Assembly (NCBI GenBank): GCA_048939765.1
Contig: JBHLPF010000001.1
Coordinates: 61,729 to 125,728 of the forward strand
Reading direction: 5' to 3'
DNA: 64,000 nucleotides
Origin: Promethearchaeota archaeon
Lineage (GTDB): Archaea; Asgardarchaeota; Thorarchaeia; Thorarchaeales; Thorarchaeaceae
In this document: piece by piece, positions 48,855 to 58,200 of the stretch
How the letters are laid out: each line of letters starts with the position of its first letter
Position numbering within the stretch: position 1 is the stretch's first letter
Notes under the pieces: model-generated
Told to the model about the DNA's origin: nothing
The model's input: the letters and a program-made list of their open reading frames with translations, nothing else
Databases searched by the model: none
Position numbers and translations under genes: made by a program

Positions 48855-50207
48855 TTGAGTCTAGACGGTTCTGGTTATAGTGGACTTGTTCTGGAAAAGC
48901 TTTCTTCAGCAGGTGTCAAGATTGGTGACACAATCACGATTCGGCATAATGATGAGGAGCATAATGGTGTTCTGATGCCTCGTGCTCAGATAGGCAGCGA
49001 TCCAGACCATATCGTTGTCAAATTGTCTACTGGATATAATCTTGGAATCCGTCTCACGAACGATTCAGAGGTCATCCTAGTCAAGAAAGGTAGAGCAATC
49101 AAACGCGCAGCTTCAGAGGATGTGCCAGCTCACAGCGAAGGCCTTCCCGCGGTGTCAATACTTAGCACTGGAGGGACAATTGCCAGCAAAGTGGACTACA
49201 GGACTGGAGCTGTCAATCCTGCGCTGACCGCACAGGACCTGTATGACACAGTCCCAGAACTGAAAGATTATGCCAATGTCAGAGCCAAGGTCTTGATGAG
49301 TGTGTTTTCTGAGGACATCAGACCATCAGACTGGACAAAGATTGCCAGAGGAGTAGCTAGTGAGATAAAGCAAGGTGCAGACGGTGTTATCGTTGCACAT
49401 GGTACAGACACACTTGGATTCACTTCAGCTGCATTGTCATTCGCACTTCAGAATCTTCCAGTACCTGTGGCGTTAGTAGGATCACAAAGGTCGTCTGACC
49501 GCCCTTCCTCAGATGCTGCAATGAACCTTGTCTTTGCCACGGATTTCGTGGGTCATGTCGATGCGGCAGAAGTAATGCTAGTCATGCATGGTGAAACAGA
49601 TGACAGTTTTGTTTATGCACATCGTGGTACTCGAGTGCGAAAAAGCCACACAAGCAGACGTGATGCTTTCCAGTCAATCAACACCTATCCTCTATTCAGG
49701 ATTGACTCTTCCGGCACGAAGGAGATGAACCCACCTCTTCTCAGACGTGATACAAATCGTACTTTGAAGTTGAAACCAAAGTTCGAAGAGAAGGTCGCCA
49801 TTGTGAAGACCTACCCGGGACTTAGTCATGATGTAATCGACCATCTTGTTGACAATCAATATCGAGGAATAGTCATTGAAGGAACTGGCCTCGGACATGC
49901 TCCCAATTCTTTACAGGCATCCGTGAAACGTGCAGTTGATGCTGACGTAGTCGTTGCGATGACTAGTCAATGCATTTCGGGCCGAGTTGATATGGATGTA
50001 TATCGAACGGGCGTGGAGTATCTGGAGCTAGGCGTTGTGGCATGCGAGGACATGCTGACTGAAACAGCATTTGTCAAGCTATCTTGGCTCTTGGCAAACA
50101 TGAAGACCACTGACAAAGTGGTAACTGCTCTCGTCGAATCAATTTCGGGTGAGATAGACATGCGTTCAGAGATGGCTGAATACTCCACCACTGCGGAGGG
50201 GACCTAG
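48855..50207 (+). CDS. gatD: Glu-tRNA(Gln) amidotransferase subunit D
   Basis: KLSTGYNLG, STGGTIASKVDYRTG, HGTDT, GSQRSSDRPSSD. Confidence 0.97.
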   Translation: MSLDGSGYSGLVLEKLSSAGVKIGDTITIRHNDEEHNGVLMPRAQIGSDPDHIVVKLSTGYNLGIRLTNDSEVILVKKGRAIKRAASEDVPAHSEGLPAVSILSTGGTIASKVDYRTGAVNPALTAQDLYDTVPELKDYANVRAKVLMSVFSEDIRPSDWTKIARGVASEIKQGADGVIVAHGTDTLGFTSAALSFALQNLPVPVALVGSQRSSDRPSSDAAMNLVFATDFVGHVDAAEVMLVMHGETDDSFVYAHRGTRVRKSHTSRRDAFQSINTYPLFRIDSSGTKEMNPPLLRRDTNRTLKLKPKFEEKVAIVKTYPGLSHDVIDHLVDNQYRGIVIEGTGLGHAPNSLQASVKRAVDADVVVAMTSQCISGRVDMDVYRTGVEYLELGVVACEDMLTETAFVKLSWLLANMKTTDKVVTALVESISGEIDMRSEMAEYSTTAEGT

Positions 50208-52124
50208 ATGGAAGAAACAGACCGCTATATGAAGCTCGGTCTGATGGTCGGTCTTGAACTCCATCAACAGCTCAACACATCTCGCAAGCTCTATTGTCAT
50301 TGTTCCCCGGTAGTCCGGGATGATGACCCCCAGGGCAGATTTGTCAGACGACTGAGACCCACACAGAGTGAGATGGGCCAAGTTGACCCCGCTGCTCTCT
50401 TTGAGTTTCAACAAAACAAACGATTCTGTTATGAGTTTTACAATGACACCACCTGTCTTGTAGAAGCCGATGAGGAACCCCCGCACAATCTCTGCGAGGA
50501 GGCCATTGACATCGCTCTGACCGTGACAAACTTCCTAGGCTCTACAGCGGTTGATGAGATTCATCCCATGAGGAAGCTTGTGATTGATGGAAGCAATACC
50601 ACTGGATTTCAGCGCACCTGCATCGTTGCAACTGGTGGGAGAGCTACGGTGGGAGAGAAGGTGATCGGAATTCAGACGATCTGCCTGGAGGAAGACGCCG
50701 CCAGAAAAGTGGGTGAAGACGACAAGGAGAACATGAGGATCTACAGACTGGACCGACTTGGAATACCCCTTGTCGAGATTGCCACAGCTCCTGACATCAG
50801 CACTCCGGAAGAGGCTCAAGAAACAGCCCTTGTCCTAGGACGTCTTCTTAGGTCAACTGGAAGGGTGAAACGGGGTCTGGGGACAATCCGTCAAGACGTC
50901 AATGTGTCAATTAGCGGCGGAGCAATCATTGAGATTAAGGGCTTTCAACAGCTGGAGATGCTTGCTGAACTAGTTGAGCTTGAAACACAGCGACAGGAAC
51001 GACTGTTGGAGATACGAGATGCTTTGGTCGAGAGAGGGATCACAATTGACTCTATCACTGACAGGATTCATGATGTCAGTGAGGTCTTTACCAGGACTGA
51101 AGCCAAGGTCCTGAAACGTGCCTTGAAGTCTGGCGGAGCAGTGTTTGCAGCCAGATTGCCTGGTTTTGCTGGACTAGTCGGTCGAGAACTCCAACCTGAC
51201 CGCAGGCTAGGGACGGAGTTATCAGACTATGCGAAGTTCTGGGGTCGAGTAGGGGGTATCTTTCACACCGATGAGCTGCCTAAGTATGGCATCACCGAGG
51301 CAGAAGTCGCCAACCTAAGAAAGCATGTCGGTGCATCAGACCAAGATGCAGTCATTATTGTCGCTGCACCCAAACAGGAATGTAAAGACGCTCTGCAAGC
51401 AGTACTGGAACGAGCACGAGAAGCTGTGAAAGGCGTTCCTGTCGAAACAAGAACCCCTCTTCCGGATGCTACAACAAAATATGCACGACCCAGACCTGGT
51501 GCTAAACGGATGTATCCAGAAACAGACGTGAGACCGGTCAAGATCACAGGCTCATGGTTGCGGCGAATCAAGAAGGCGATGCCCGAAACCTTGGCCAAGA
51601 AGGAACAAAGGTTTGTCAAAGAACTCGCTCTCAGCGAGGACTTAGCAGGTCAGATGGTAAACTCTCTCAATCTAGACCTCTTTGAATATGTTCTCAGCAA
51701 ACTGGAGATATCACCCACACTTGTTGCAGTGACCCTAGAGAACACCCTAGTGAGCATGCAGAGAGATGGTGTTCCCACTGAGAACATTGAGGATGCACAG
51801 TTGTTTGAGGTCTTTGAAATGGTGAAAAGCGGTGAGATGTCATCTGAAGCAATCCCCGAAATTCTCACTTTTCTTGCAAACAATCCATCAATTCCCATTC
51901 AAGAAGCACTGTCAAAGACAGGTCTTGGCAAGATTGAAACTGAGGACATTGAGAAGATCATCCGGCGTATAGTGGAGGACAGACTGGACTTTGTTCGAGA
52001 GCGGGGTGAGGCTGCTGTAGGCGGTCTCATGGGTGTGGCCATGAACGAACTGAGGGGCAAGGCAGACGGGAAGCTTGTCAAGGATCTGTTGACTTCAGAG
52101 GTGAAACGGATTCTTGGTCAGTGA
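50208..52124 (+). CDS. gatE: Glu-tRNA(Gln) amidotransferase subunit E
   Basis: GLELHQQL, DEEPPH, DGSNTTGFQRT, RGLGTIRQD, RMYPETD. Confidence 0.97.
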   Translation: MEETDRYMKLGLMVGLELHQQLNTSRKLYCHCSPVVRDDDPQGRFVRRLRPTQSEMGQVDPAALFEFQQNKRFCYEFYNDTTCLVEADEEPPHNLCEEAIDIALTVTNFLGSTAVDEIHPMRKLVIDGSNTTGFQRTCIVATGGRATVGEKVIGIQTICLEEDAARKVGEDDKENMRIYRLDRLGIPLVEIATAPDISTPEEAQETALVLGRLLRSTGRVKRGLGTIRQDVNVSISGGAIIEIKGFQQLEMLAELVELETQRQERLLEIRDALVERGITIDSITDRIHDVSEVFTRTEAKVLKRALKSGGAVFAARLPGFAGLVGRELQPDRRLGTELSDYAKFWGRVGGIFHTDELPKYGITEAEVANLRKHVGASDQDAVIIVAAPKQECKDALQAVLERAREAVKGVPVETRTPLPDATTKYARPRPGAKRMYPETDVRPVKITGSWLRRIKKAMPETLAKKEQRFVKELALSEDLAGQMVNSLNLDLFEYVLSKLEISPTLVAVTLENTLVSMQRDGVPTENIEDAQLFEVFEMVKSGEMSSEAIPEILTFLANNPSIPIQEALSKTGLGKIETEDIEKIIRRIVEDRLDFVRERGEAAVGGLMGVAMNELRGKADGKLVKDLLTSEVKRILGQ

Positions 52125-52172
52125 GTTTGAAGAATAAGTTTATAGAGGAGCCATTGTTGCTCCTCCGAACGA

Positions 52173-52346
52173 GCCGCAGTGGCCTAGACTGGTAGGGCGC
52201 GAGACTCATAATCTTCCTGGAGTCATCCAGGTAAAGACTGGGGTCATGAGCATTGCGCCAAAGGCTCGAGATGAGAAATCTCGAAGTCGAGGTAGACTTC
52301 CTGCCTCGTCGAGAAGTCGAGGGATCGAAGCCCTCCTGCGGCACCA
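52173..52346 (+). tRNA. Elongator tRNA-Met(CAT) with two introns: 37/38 (52211-52277, 67 nt) and 45/46 (52286-52315, 30 nt)
   Basis: G1-C72 GCCGCAG/CTGCGGC; BHB1 CTCA/TGAG; BHB2 CTCG/CGAG with AA|G bulges and 8-bp inner stem; T-loop ATCGAAG. Confidence 0.9.
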
Positions 52347-52779
52347 TTCCATCTTGTATCAAGCGATCCTCTAAACACGTGTTTGGTGACTTGATTCTTG
52401 GCTTGCTCATTAGGCAACAACACAAGACGAATTGTTACTCTGATTTCATAGCAGCACCTGCTACGAAGAGGCAGATTCCTACAATAGCTGGAAGAAAGAT
52501 GGTCAGCATAATGATAGTTACTCCCATTGAGGGACCAACACTAAGAGGTATGATTCCAAAGCCCCAAAGAAACAGAAACATAGCGGCCACAAGAAGCAAG
52601 ATTAAGCCAATTAGCTTCAGACGTTTCTTTCTTGTATTCACGAGAAAAAACCTCCCTTCAACGGCTGTTTCTTCTAGTGATGCCTGAGCCCGATATTAAT
52701 TAGCTCTGCGGCACCATTTCATCTTGTATCAGGCGATTTTCTAAATGCGTGTCTGGTGACTTTGATTATTGGGTTATTC
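52336..52779 (+). repeat. Imperfect ~72-bp direct repeat starting with the tRNA-Met 3' end (52336-~52408 and 52706-~52779)
   Basis: CTGCGGCACCATTYCATCTTGTATCARGCGAT...GGTGACTT in both copies. Confidence 0.85.
52435..52641 (-). CDS. 68-aa two-TM protein between the repeats
   Basis: Basic N-terminus, two hydrophobic helices; GGGAGG SD-like sequence upstream. Confidence 0.6.
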   Translation of the reverse strand: MNTRKKRLKLIGLILLLVAAMFLFLWGFGIIPLSVGPSMGVTIIMLTIFLPAIVGICLFVAGAAMKSE

Positions 52780-52941
52780 CATAAGCATGGACGCGGAACA
52801 CTTCCGAAACAGATGAAACCCTCAATCCTGTTCCGACCAGTCGACAAGCTGACCAAGAAGAATCTCATCAGAGGGGGACTACCCAATAATCGATTAATTC
52901 TTCTCCAATTAGGGGTAATATACTGTTGGTTGTTCTTCTCA

Positions 52942-53670
52942 ATGAATCAAGGGAAAGCTCGCGACAGAACTGGAAAGCGTGCTTTTCATGCAGTCATCAT
53001 CATCACATTGCTTGTCGTTTTGCTTTCGCTACCTACACCTGTAGATTCCACTCGAATTAAATCAGGATACCAAACCATGTCGCCAGGCCAAGTATCGCGA
53101 ATTACAATAGGTGCCAACGCGGGAGACCAGGTGACTCTGACCTACGAGGCTTCCCTCAGACCCATTGAGTTTGCGCTCATTGAACTTCATGGTCTTGACC
53201 GTGATGATTTTCCTGTTGATATTAATCTGAACTCTGTGCATTGTCTGTATCATAAAACTGCAGTATATGATGTGATTAGTTTCGATGTGTATGAGGATGA
53301 CTCAGACTTCCTTCTCTTTGCACGAAACATTGCTAATGTGACTCAGGAGTATGAATATGAATGGGTGAGCATCAATCCAGAAGAGGAGGCGGCGGCCGCT
53401 GCACTTGTGGTGATAGGTCCGAGTGTTCTCATAGCAATCTGTGGATTCTTTGTATTGGTATGTAGAAAGTGGCACCAGCAGCTCCTTCGAAATGATCCTT
53501 CAAGAGATAGTGGACTTCAAGACACAGAGATGGACTTGACAGGAACGTTGAAGTGTCCTAACTGTGAAGAGTCTGAAGTGGGAAGAGAGAGGTTCCCAGG
53601 AATCTCTGGTGGTCCAGTTAGATTTCTCTATGTCTGCTACAAATGTGGGAAGAGATGGGAAGACTGGTAG
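52942..53670 (+). CDS. Single-pass membrane protein: extracellular beta-sandwich, TM, cytoplasmic Zn ribbon
   Basis: Signal-like IIITLLVVLLSL, TM AALVVIGPSVLIAICGFFVLV, CPNC...YVCYKCGKRW. Confidence 0.7.
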   Translation: MNQGKARDRTGKRAFHAVIIITLLVVLLSLPTPVDSTRIKSGYQTMSPGQVSRITIGANAGDQVTLTYEASLRPIEFALIELHGLDRDDFPVDINLNSVHCLYHKTAVYDVISFDVYEDDSDFLLFARNIANVTQEYEYEWVSINPEEEAAAAALVVIGPSVLIAICGFFVLVCRKWHQQLLRNDPSRDSGLQDTEMDLTGTLKCPNCEESEVGRERFPGISGGPVRFLYVCYKCGKRWEDW

Positions 53671-53773
53671 AGCGAGCTTGATTCTGAATTCAGATGGACT
53701 GTGGCAGCAAATCTCCCCTTTTTATACCTCATTTCCATGGTGGGGTTATTAGGCATCACAATCACTCAGTATC

Positions 53774-54001
53774 ATGACCGTAGACAAATGGAGAGTAGTG
53801 GGCGGTCGCGTGTACAAGCTCGCAGAAGCATTTGAAGAGATGCTTGATGCGGTAGATCTAGCGAGAAAGCTCAAGCCCCACAAGTATGTATTTCTTCACA
53901 GGGCAAAAAGTGGCCTTTGGGCTGTGTACTGGCGGAGGAAAGAGAAAGAGATCGAATGCCGGCCTGAATTTGAGCACAATCTCTCATCCAAAGCTCACTA
54001 A
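53774..54001 (+). CDS. Small hypothetical protein
   Basis: 75-aa ORF filling the intergenic space, with an AT-rich promoter-like sequence upstream. Confidence 0.6.
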   Translation: MTVDKWRVVGGRVYKLAEAFEEMLDAVDLARKLKPHKYVFLHRAKSGLWAVYWRRKEKEIECRPEFEHNLSSKAH

Positions 54002-54043
54002 AACTGGTATGGATATAATAGGAACGGAGTCCTACCTAGAAGC

Positions 54044-54355
54044 ATGACGCTTGACCCACATTATTCTGACCTGGGAATTGATGAGAAGAGTTGTGTTGTA
54101 GAATCTCTTGGTCTTACCGTTCAAGAGGGTCAAGGGGCGAGATTTGAGAAACTCCTTCGGCAGACCAATCTGTCGGGAACAATCAATGTGACCGACTGGA
54201 CACTCGAAGCGATACGTATTCTCCTCACAATCGGAGAGGAGGAAGAAATCGCACTTTCACTGAGGAACAGGGATAGGTATTATACCATCGTCAAATATCC
54301 TGAAGGGCCACTTCTCTCAGTCCTCATAAGGTCCATAGCACTTGGAGAATGCTAG
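54044..54355 (+). CDS. Hypothetical protein
   Basis: 103-aa ORF co-oriented with its neighbours. Confidence 0.55.
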   Translation: MTLDPHYSDLGIDEKSCVVESLGLTVQEGQGARFEKLLRQTNLSGTINVTDWTLEAIRILLTIGEEEEIALSLRNRDRYYTIVKYPEGPLLSVLIRSIALGEC

Positions 54356-54429
54356 ATTTGTAAAATCATGCCAATCTGATGAAAATCTCTTTATTCATCC
54401 CGTGTTCCAGAGTGACACGGTGATGTGAG

Positions 54430-55635
54430 TTGAGCCTCAAATTCAAGACTCTTGATGATGTGGACGTGGCTGGAAAACGCGTGCTGATTCGTGTAGACAT
54501 GAATTGTTCAGTCGATCCAGACACCAAGGAGATAACCGATGACTCTAGGATAGTCGCAATCCTCCCTACCCTCAGGGAACTCTCGAAGAGCAAGACGGTC
54601 CTGATGGCACACCAAGGCCGTCCAGGCAGTGATGATTTCATATCACTTGAGGCTCATACTAAGATCTTGAGAAAACACGGTCTAAATGCATCATTTGTGG
54701 ACGATATCTTCGGTGACAAGGCAAAGGCTGCTATACAGAGAGTTAAGATTGGAGAAATCCTCGTCCTTCAGAATGTGAGATATTTCGACGGCGAAATGAA
54801 GAAAGCGCCTCCTGAAGAGGTTGCTGAAGAACCACTGGTCCAAGAACTCTATCCTCTCTTTGACCTATTTGTCAATGATGCCTTTGGCGCGGCACACCGG
54901 TCTCAAGCATCAATCGTTGGATTCACCACTGTGCTTCCCTCTGTGGCTGGACGTTTAGTGGAGAAAGAGATTCGTACACTAACGGACGCAACAGCAACAG
55001 ACCAGCATCCTTGGACTCTAGTTCTTGGAGGTGCCAAGGTCGCAGACAAAGTGGAAACACTTGGAAAACTCTTGGCTGTTGACAGAGTAGACAATGCACT
55101 CCTTGGGGGTCTTTTGGGCACCCTTTTTCTTATCGCTAAAGGTCTGGTTTCTGAAGAATATGCAAAGCCAATCAAGGGCTTTGAGGAAGCATTAACCACT
55201 GCAAGAGAACTCCTTGCGAAATACCCGGACGTCATTAATCTTCCTGAAGACGCAGCTGTCGAACGGGATGGGGAACGGTTTGAGTGTGAGTTCTCTCAGA
55301 TGGGTGGGAATCCGTTCTTCGATATTGGTCCAAGAACAACAAAGAGGTACGTAGAAACAATCCATGGATCCGCAGTCGTATTTGCAAACGGTCCGATGGG
55401 GTTCTTTGAAAGGGACGCCTTCGCAAAGGGGACATCAGAAGTTCTTGACGCAATTGCAGAATGCAAGGGTATCACTGTTGTCGGCGGAGGTCATATGGGG
55501 GCTATGGCGCAGAAGAAGAATTTTGGAGATCGAATCACCCACATCAGTACAGGTGGGGGTGCTACAATCAACTTCCTGACTGGAAAGAAACTGGACCTCA
55601 TTGTTGCTCTCGAAGCTGCAGCCCAGAGAATGTAA
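54430..55635 (+). CDS. pgk: Phosphoglycerate kinase
   Basis: RVDMN, AHQGRPG, NDAFGAAHR, GGAKV, NGPMG, HISTGGGA. Confidence 0.97.
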   Translation: MSLKFKTLDDVDVAGKRVLIRVDMNCSVDPDTKEITDDSRIVAILPTLRELSKSKTVLMAHQGRPGSDDFISLEAHTKILRKHGLNASFVDDIFGDKAKAAIQRVKIGEILVLQNVRYFDGEMKKAPPEEVAEEPLVQELYPLFDLFVNDAFGAAHRSQASIVGFTTVLPSVAGRLVEKEIRTLTDATATDQHPWTLVLGGAKVADKVETLGKLLAVDRVDNALLGGLLGTLFLIAKGLVSEEYAKPIKGFEEALTTARELLAKYPDVINLPEDAAVERDGERFECEFSQMGGNPFFDIGPRTTKRYVETIHGSAVVFANGPMGFFERDAFAKGTSEVLDAIAECKGITVVGGGHMGAMAQKKNFGDRITHISTGGGATINFLTGKKLDLIVALEAAAQRM

Positions 55636-55713
55636 TACAAGTAATAATCGTGCTTAGAGGCAAAGGAGAATATACTCCAACTGATGTAAATCAACTGGGA
55701 TTTTCTGTGGGTG

Positions 55714-55854
55714 ATGGACTTGACACATAAGGTGAAGTGTCCTAACTGTGGCTCGTCTGAAGTTGGAAGAGAGATGTTTCCGGGAAGCTTTGGTGTACGA
55801 GCCAGATTTCTCTATGTCTGCCAGAAATGTGGAACAAGATGGGAAGATAGGTAG
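55714..55854 (+). CDS. 46-aa stand-alone TFIIS-C-like Zn ribbon (below the ORF-track cut-off)
   Basis: MDLTHKVKCPNCGSSEVGREMFPGSFGVRARFLYVCQKCGTRWEDR*; DNA paralogue of 53530-53670. Confidence 0.7.
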   Translation: MDLTHKVKCPNCGSSEVGREMFPGSFGVRARFLYVCQKCGTRWEDR

Positions 55855-55879
55855 CTGAAACTCCAGTCCAAAGAAGAAG

Positions 55880-55956
55880 TGGAGCCCCAGGCGAGATTCG
55901 AACTCGCGACCTGCTGATTACAAGTCAGCCGCACCACCAGGCTATGCTACTGAGGC
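55880..55956 (-). tRNA. tRNA-Thr(TGT), encoded CCA
   Basis: GCCTCAG acceptor, GCTGA-CT-TGT-AA-TCAGC, GTTCGAATC. Confidence 0.95.
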
Positions 55957-56076
55957 ACTCTTGAATCAACGGACCAGCGTTTTGGTTTTAAAAGCTATTC
56001 CTCCAAACACATGCTGCGCTATGAGAAGAGTATAACTATCCCCTTGAAATATCCATATTCATCTGGAGACAACACG

Positions 56077-57312
56077 GTGACCATTGAAACTCAAAGGCTT
56101 CACTACATTGACAAGCTGAAACTCATAGGCCGTGATGCGCGTCTTACTATTGTGGCCTGGGCCTTCTGGGCATTTGGCTATGGTATCAATGATGTGCTTT
56201 TCAATCTCTATCTACTCGAGGCAGGATTTGGAGAGGACTTCCTTGGCATGTTCCTCTCGATCTCTATCTTCCTGTCAGGTGGACTCGCAATTCTAGCTGG
56301 AATGGTAGCAGATAGACGCTCTCGGAAGAAGATACTCCTTGCAGGATACGTTGCTGTCTTCATTGGAACTTACATGCAGTACTCCACCCTTTCTCCACCC
56401 CTTCTCTTGCTCTCGCAGCTTCTCTATGGTATTGGATATGCTTTCACTGGAGTATGCTGGCAACCATATACAGTAAGTATCACCACCGAGGAAGAACGAG
56501 TCCATGTGTTTAGTGTTCGATTTGCCTTCTTTCTACTTGCCAGTCTATTGGGTTCGTTGACAGGCGGTTTCTTACCAACCATTTGGACTAATCTGGGCAT
56601 CACAATAGACCTACTAACAGCATACCGATTCTCCCTATGGACAGCCTTGATTCCTCTAGCACTAGCAATTCTAACGATATTACCCATAAGGACCGATGAG
56701 GCTCCACAACAGAGAGGGAGTCTAAACTTCGGCAATGTAAGAAATCGAGGATTCATTGGAAGATATGCCCTAGCTTGGACAGTATCTGGTCTTGGTGCTG
56801 GCTTGTTTATTCAATTCTTCAACGTGTTCTTCAGTCTGGCCTTTCAGGCTGATGCTACGACTATCGGTATTATATTCGCCATCAACACAGTGGTCTTGGC
56901 TGGTGGTAACTTTGTTTCACCAGCGATTGTGGATCGGTTTGGTAAGCTTGGTACTATAATCTGGTCCCAAATCCTATCTATTCCATTTCTCCTGATGCTT
57001 TCTTGGTCACCAGTGCTTTACATAGCAATCATTGGGTTCGTGGGACGTGCATTGTTCATGAATATTGCTTGGCCGGTGATGGATGTCTTCTATATGGAGG
57101 GTTGTTCGCAGGAAGAACGCTCAACAGCAATGGGAGTGATAAACACCGGGGACTCGATTGCTCGAGGAATCGGCTTGAATATTGGTGGCTGGCTTCTGGC
57201 TATGGGTTTCTTGAGAGTACCATTCTTAATAGCTGTGATATTCTACAGCTTGAGCATAGTTCTGTTCTACGTTTTCTTCGGACGGGACGAATCAGTTCAA
57301 CTTGGCTCATAG
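56077..57312 (+). CDS. MFS transporter
   Basis: ~12 TM segments, GMVADRRSRK and IVDRFGK motifs. Confidence 0.9.
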   Translation: MTIETQRLHYIDKLKLIGRDARLTIVAWAFWAFGYGINDVLFNLYLLEAGFGEDFLGMFLSISIFLSGGLAILAGMVADRRSRKKILLAGYVAVFIGTYMQYSTLSPPLLLLSQLLYGIGYAFTGVCWQPYTVSITTEEERVHVFSVRFAFFLLASLLGSLTGGFLPTIWTNLGITIDLLTAYRFSLWTALIPLALAILTILPIRTDEAPQQRGSLNFGNVRNRGFIGRYALAWTVSGLGAGLFIQFFNVFFSLAFQADATTIGIIFAINTVVLAGGNFVSPAIVDRFGKLGTIIWSQILSIPFLLMLSWSPVLYIAIIGFVGRALFMNIAWPVMDVFYMEGCSQEERSTAMGVINTGDSIARGIGLNIGGWLLAMGFLRVPFLIAVIFYSLSIVLFYVFFGRDESVQLGS

Positions 57313-57334
57313 CGTCCGATTTCTTGAGTTCGGT

Positions 57335-57886
57335 CTACTTGTCATGATAGACATTGTCAATGATGATGGCATACGACAAGAGCATCATCCGATCAGCTTC
57401 TAGGTCTTCAATCCTAATCACATACCGGTCCTTAAAGTTGAACGCTGGTGCAAAGACGTCACGCCATTTGTCAGCTTTCTTAATCACAGCATAGACCTTC
57501 TTCTTGTCCTTTGGATCTGTAATCTCAAAGTTCCACTTCGTTACGCCGCCCTGAGCCTTGTAGATATGTTCCTCTTGTGGCGTATAGAAATCGATTGAGC
57601 CACGGAATGCAATCATAGGCCTCTTACCCCTACCCACCAGAGTCCCATCAGGGCGCTTGACCTCATAGATGGGTCTGGCAGCCATGAGCTTCTTGTTGAT
57701 AGTACAGAGCAGGGTGCCGTCAGGATCATGAAGGGATATTTCAGCTCGCATTGACAGAAGCTTTCTTTTCATAGAACCAACCTGGATACCTTCCTGGTCG
57801 TAAATCTCACCGCCACCAAATTTCCAGGATTTCTCATGGAGTACGTAGAAAGTAATTGTTGGATCGAGAAGACTCATCAAAATCAC
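57335..57886 (-). CDS. LURP-one/scramblase (Tubby-C-like) family protein
   Basis: Repeated beta units (IYDQEG..VG, LHDPDG..L), C-terminal DRY.I....DRMMLLSYAIIID helix. Confidence 0.8.
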   Translation of the reverse strand: MILMSLLDPTITFYVLHEKSWKFGGGEIYDQEGIQVGSMKRKLLSMRAEISLHDPDGTLLCTINKKLMAARPIYEVKRPDGTLVGRGKRPMIAFRGSIDFYTPQEEHIYKAQGGVTKWNFEITDPKDKKKVYAVIKKADKWRDVFAPAFNFKDRYVIRIEDLEADRMMLLSYAIIIDNVYHDK

Positions 57887-58200
57887 CTTGGCTCATTGTC
57901 CACGGCATTCGATTTAAGCAAATGTCGGCTGAAATCAACCGTAACTTGCTGCTTTTGGTACAGTATTGTATCCCGCTTTTACCCAGGTTCAGAAAATCAA
58001 GCGAGAATGCCCCTCCATTACACGTCCATCACGGACATGTTTATGAGGCAACAATATCATAAAATCCCGTCCGGAAGGCTCCAATTCTTGCACTTCCTTA
58101 TGACACGCACGTGATACAAAGGAACAAGACCCACAAGAAAAGTAAAATAACCGCAAGAGGATGATGCCAATACGTCTTGACGTACCATAGGTGATGCCAG

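Noticed and set aside
52173-52346. Initiator tRNA call because of the eukaryote-initiator-like A54 T-loop
   Set aside because: It has G1-C72 rather than A1-U72 and lacks the three consecutive G-C pairs in the anticodon stem
52253-52687. 144-aa + ORF and 52078-52425 - ORF
   Set aside because: They overlap tRNA-Met and the better-supported antisense membrane ORF
57900-58200. Cys/His-rich short ORFs upstream of the Pro-rich gene
   Set aside because: Mutually overlapping, with no coherent motif; cannot be supported
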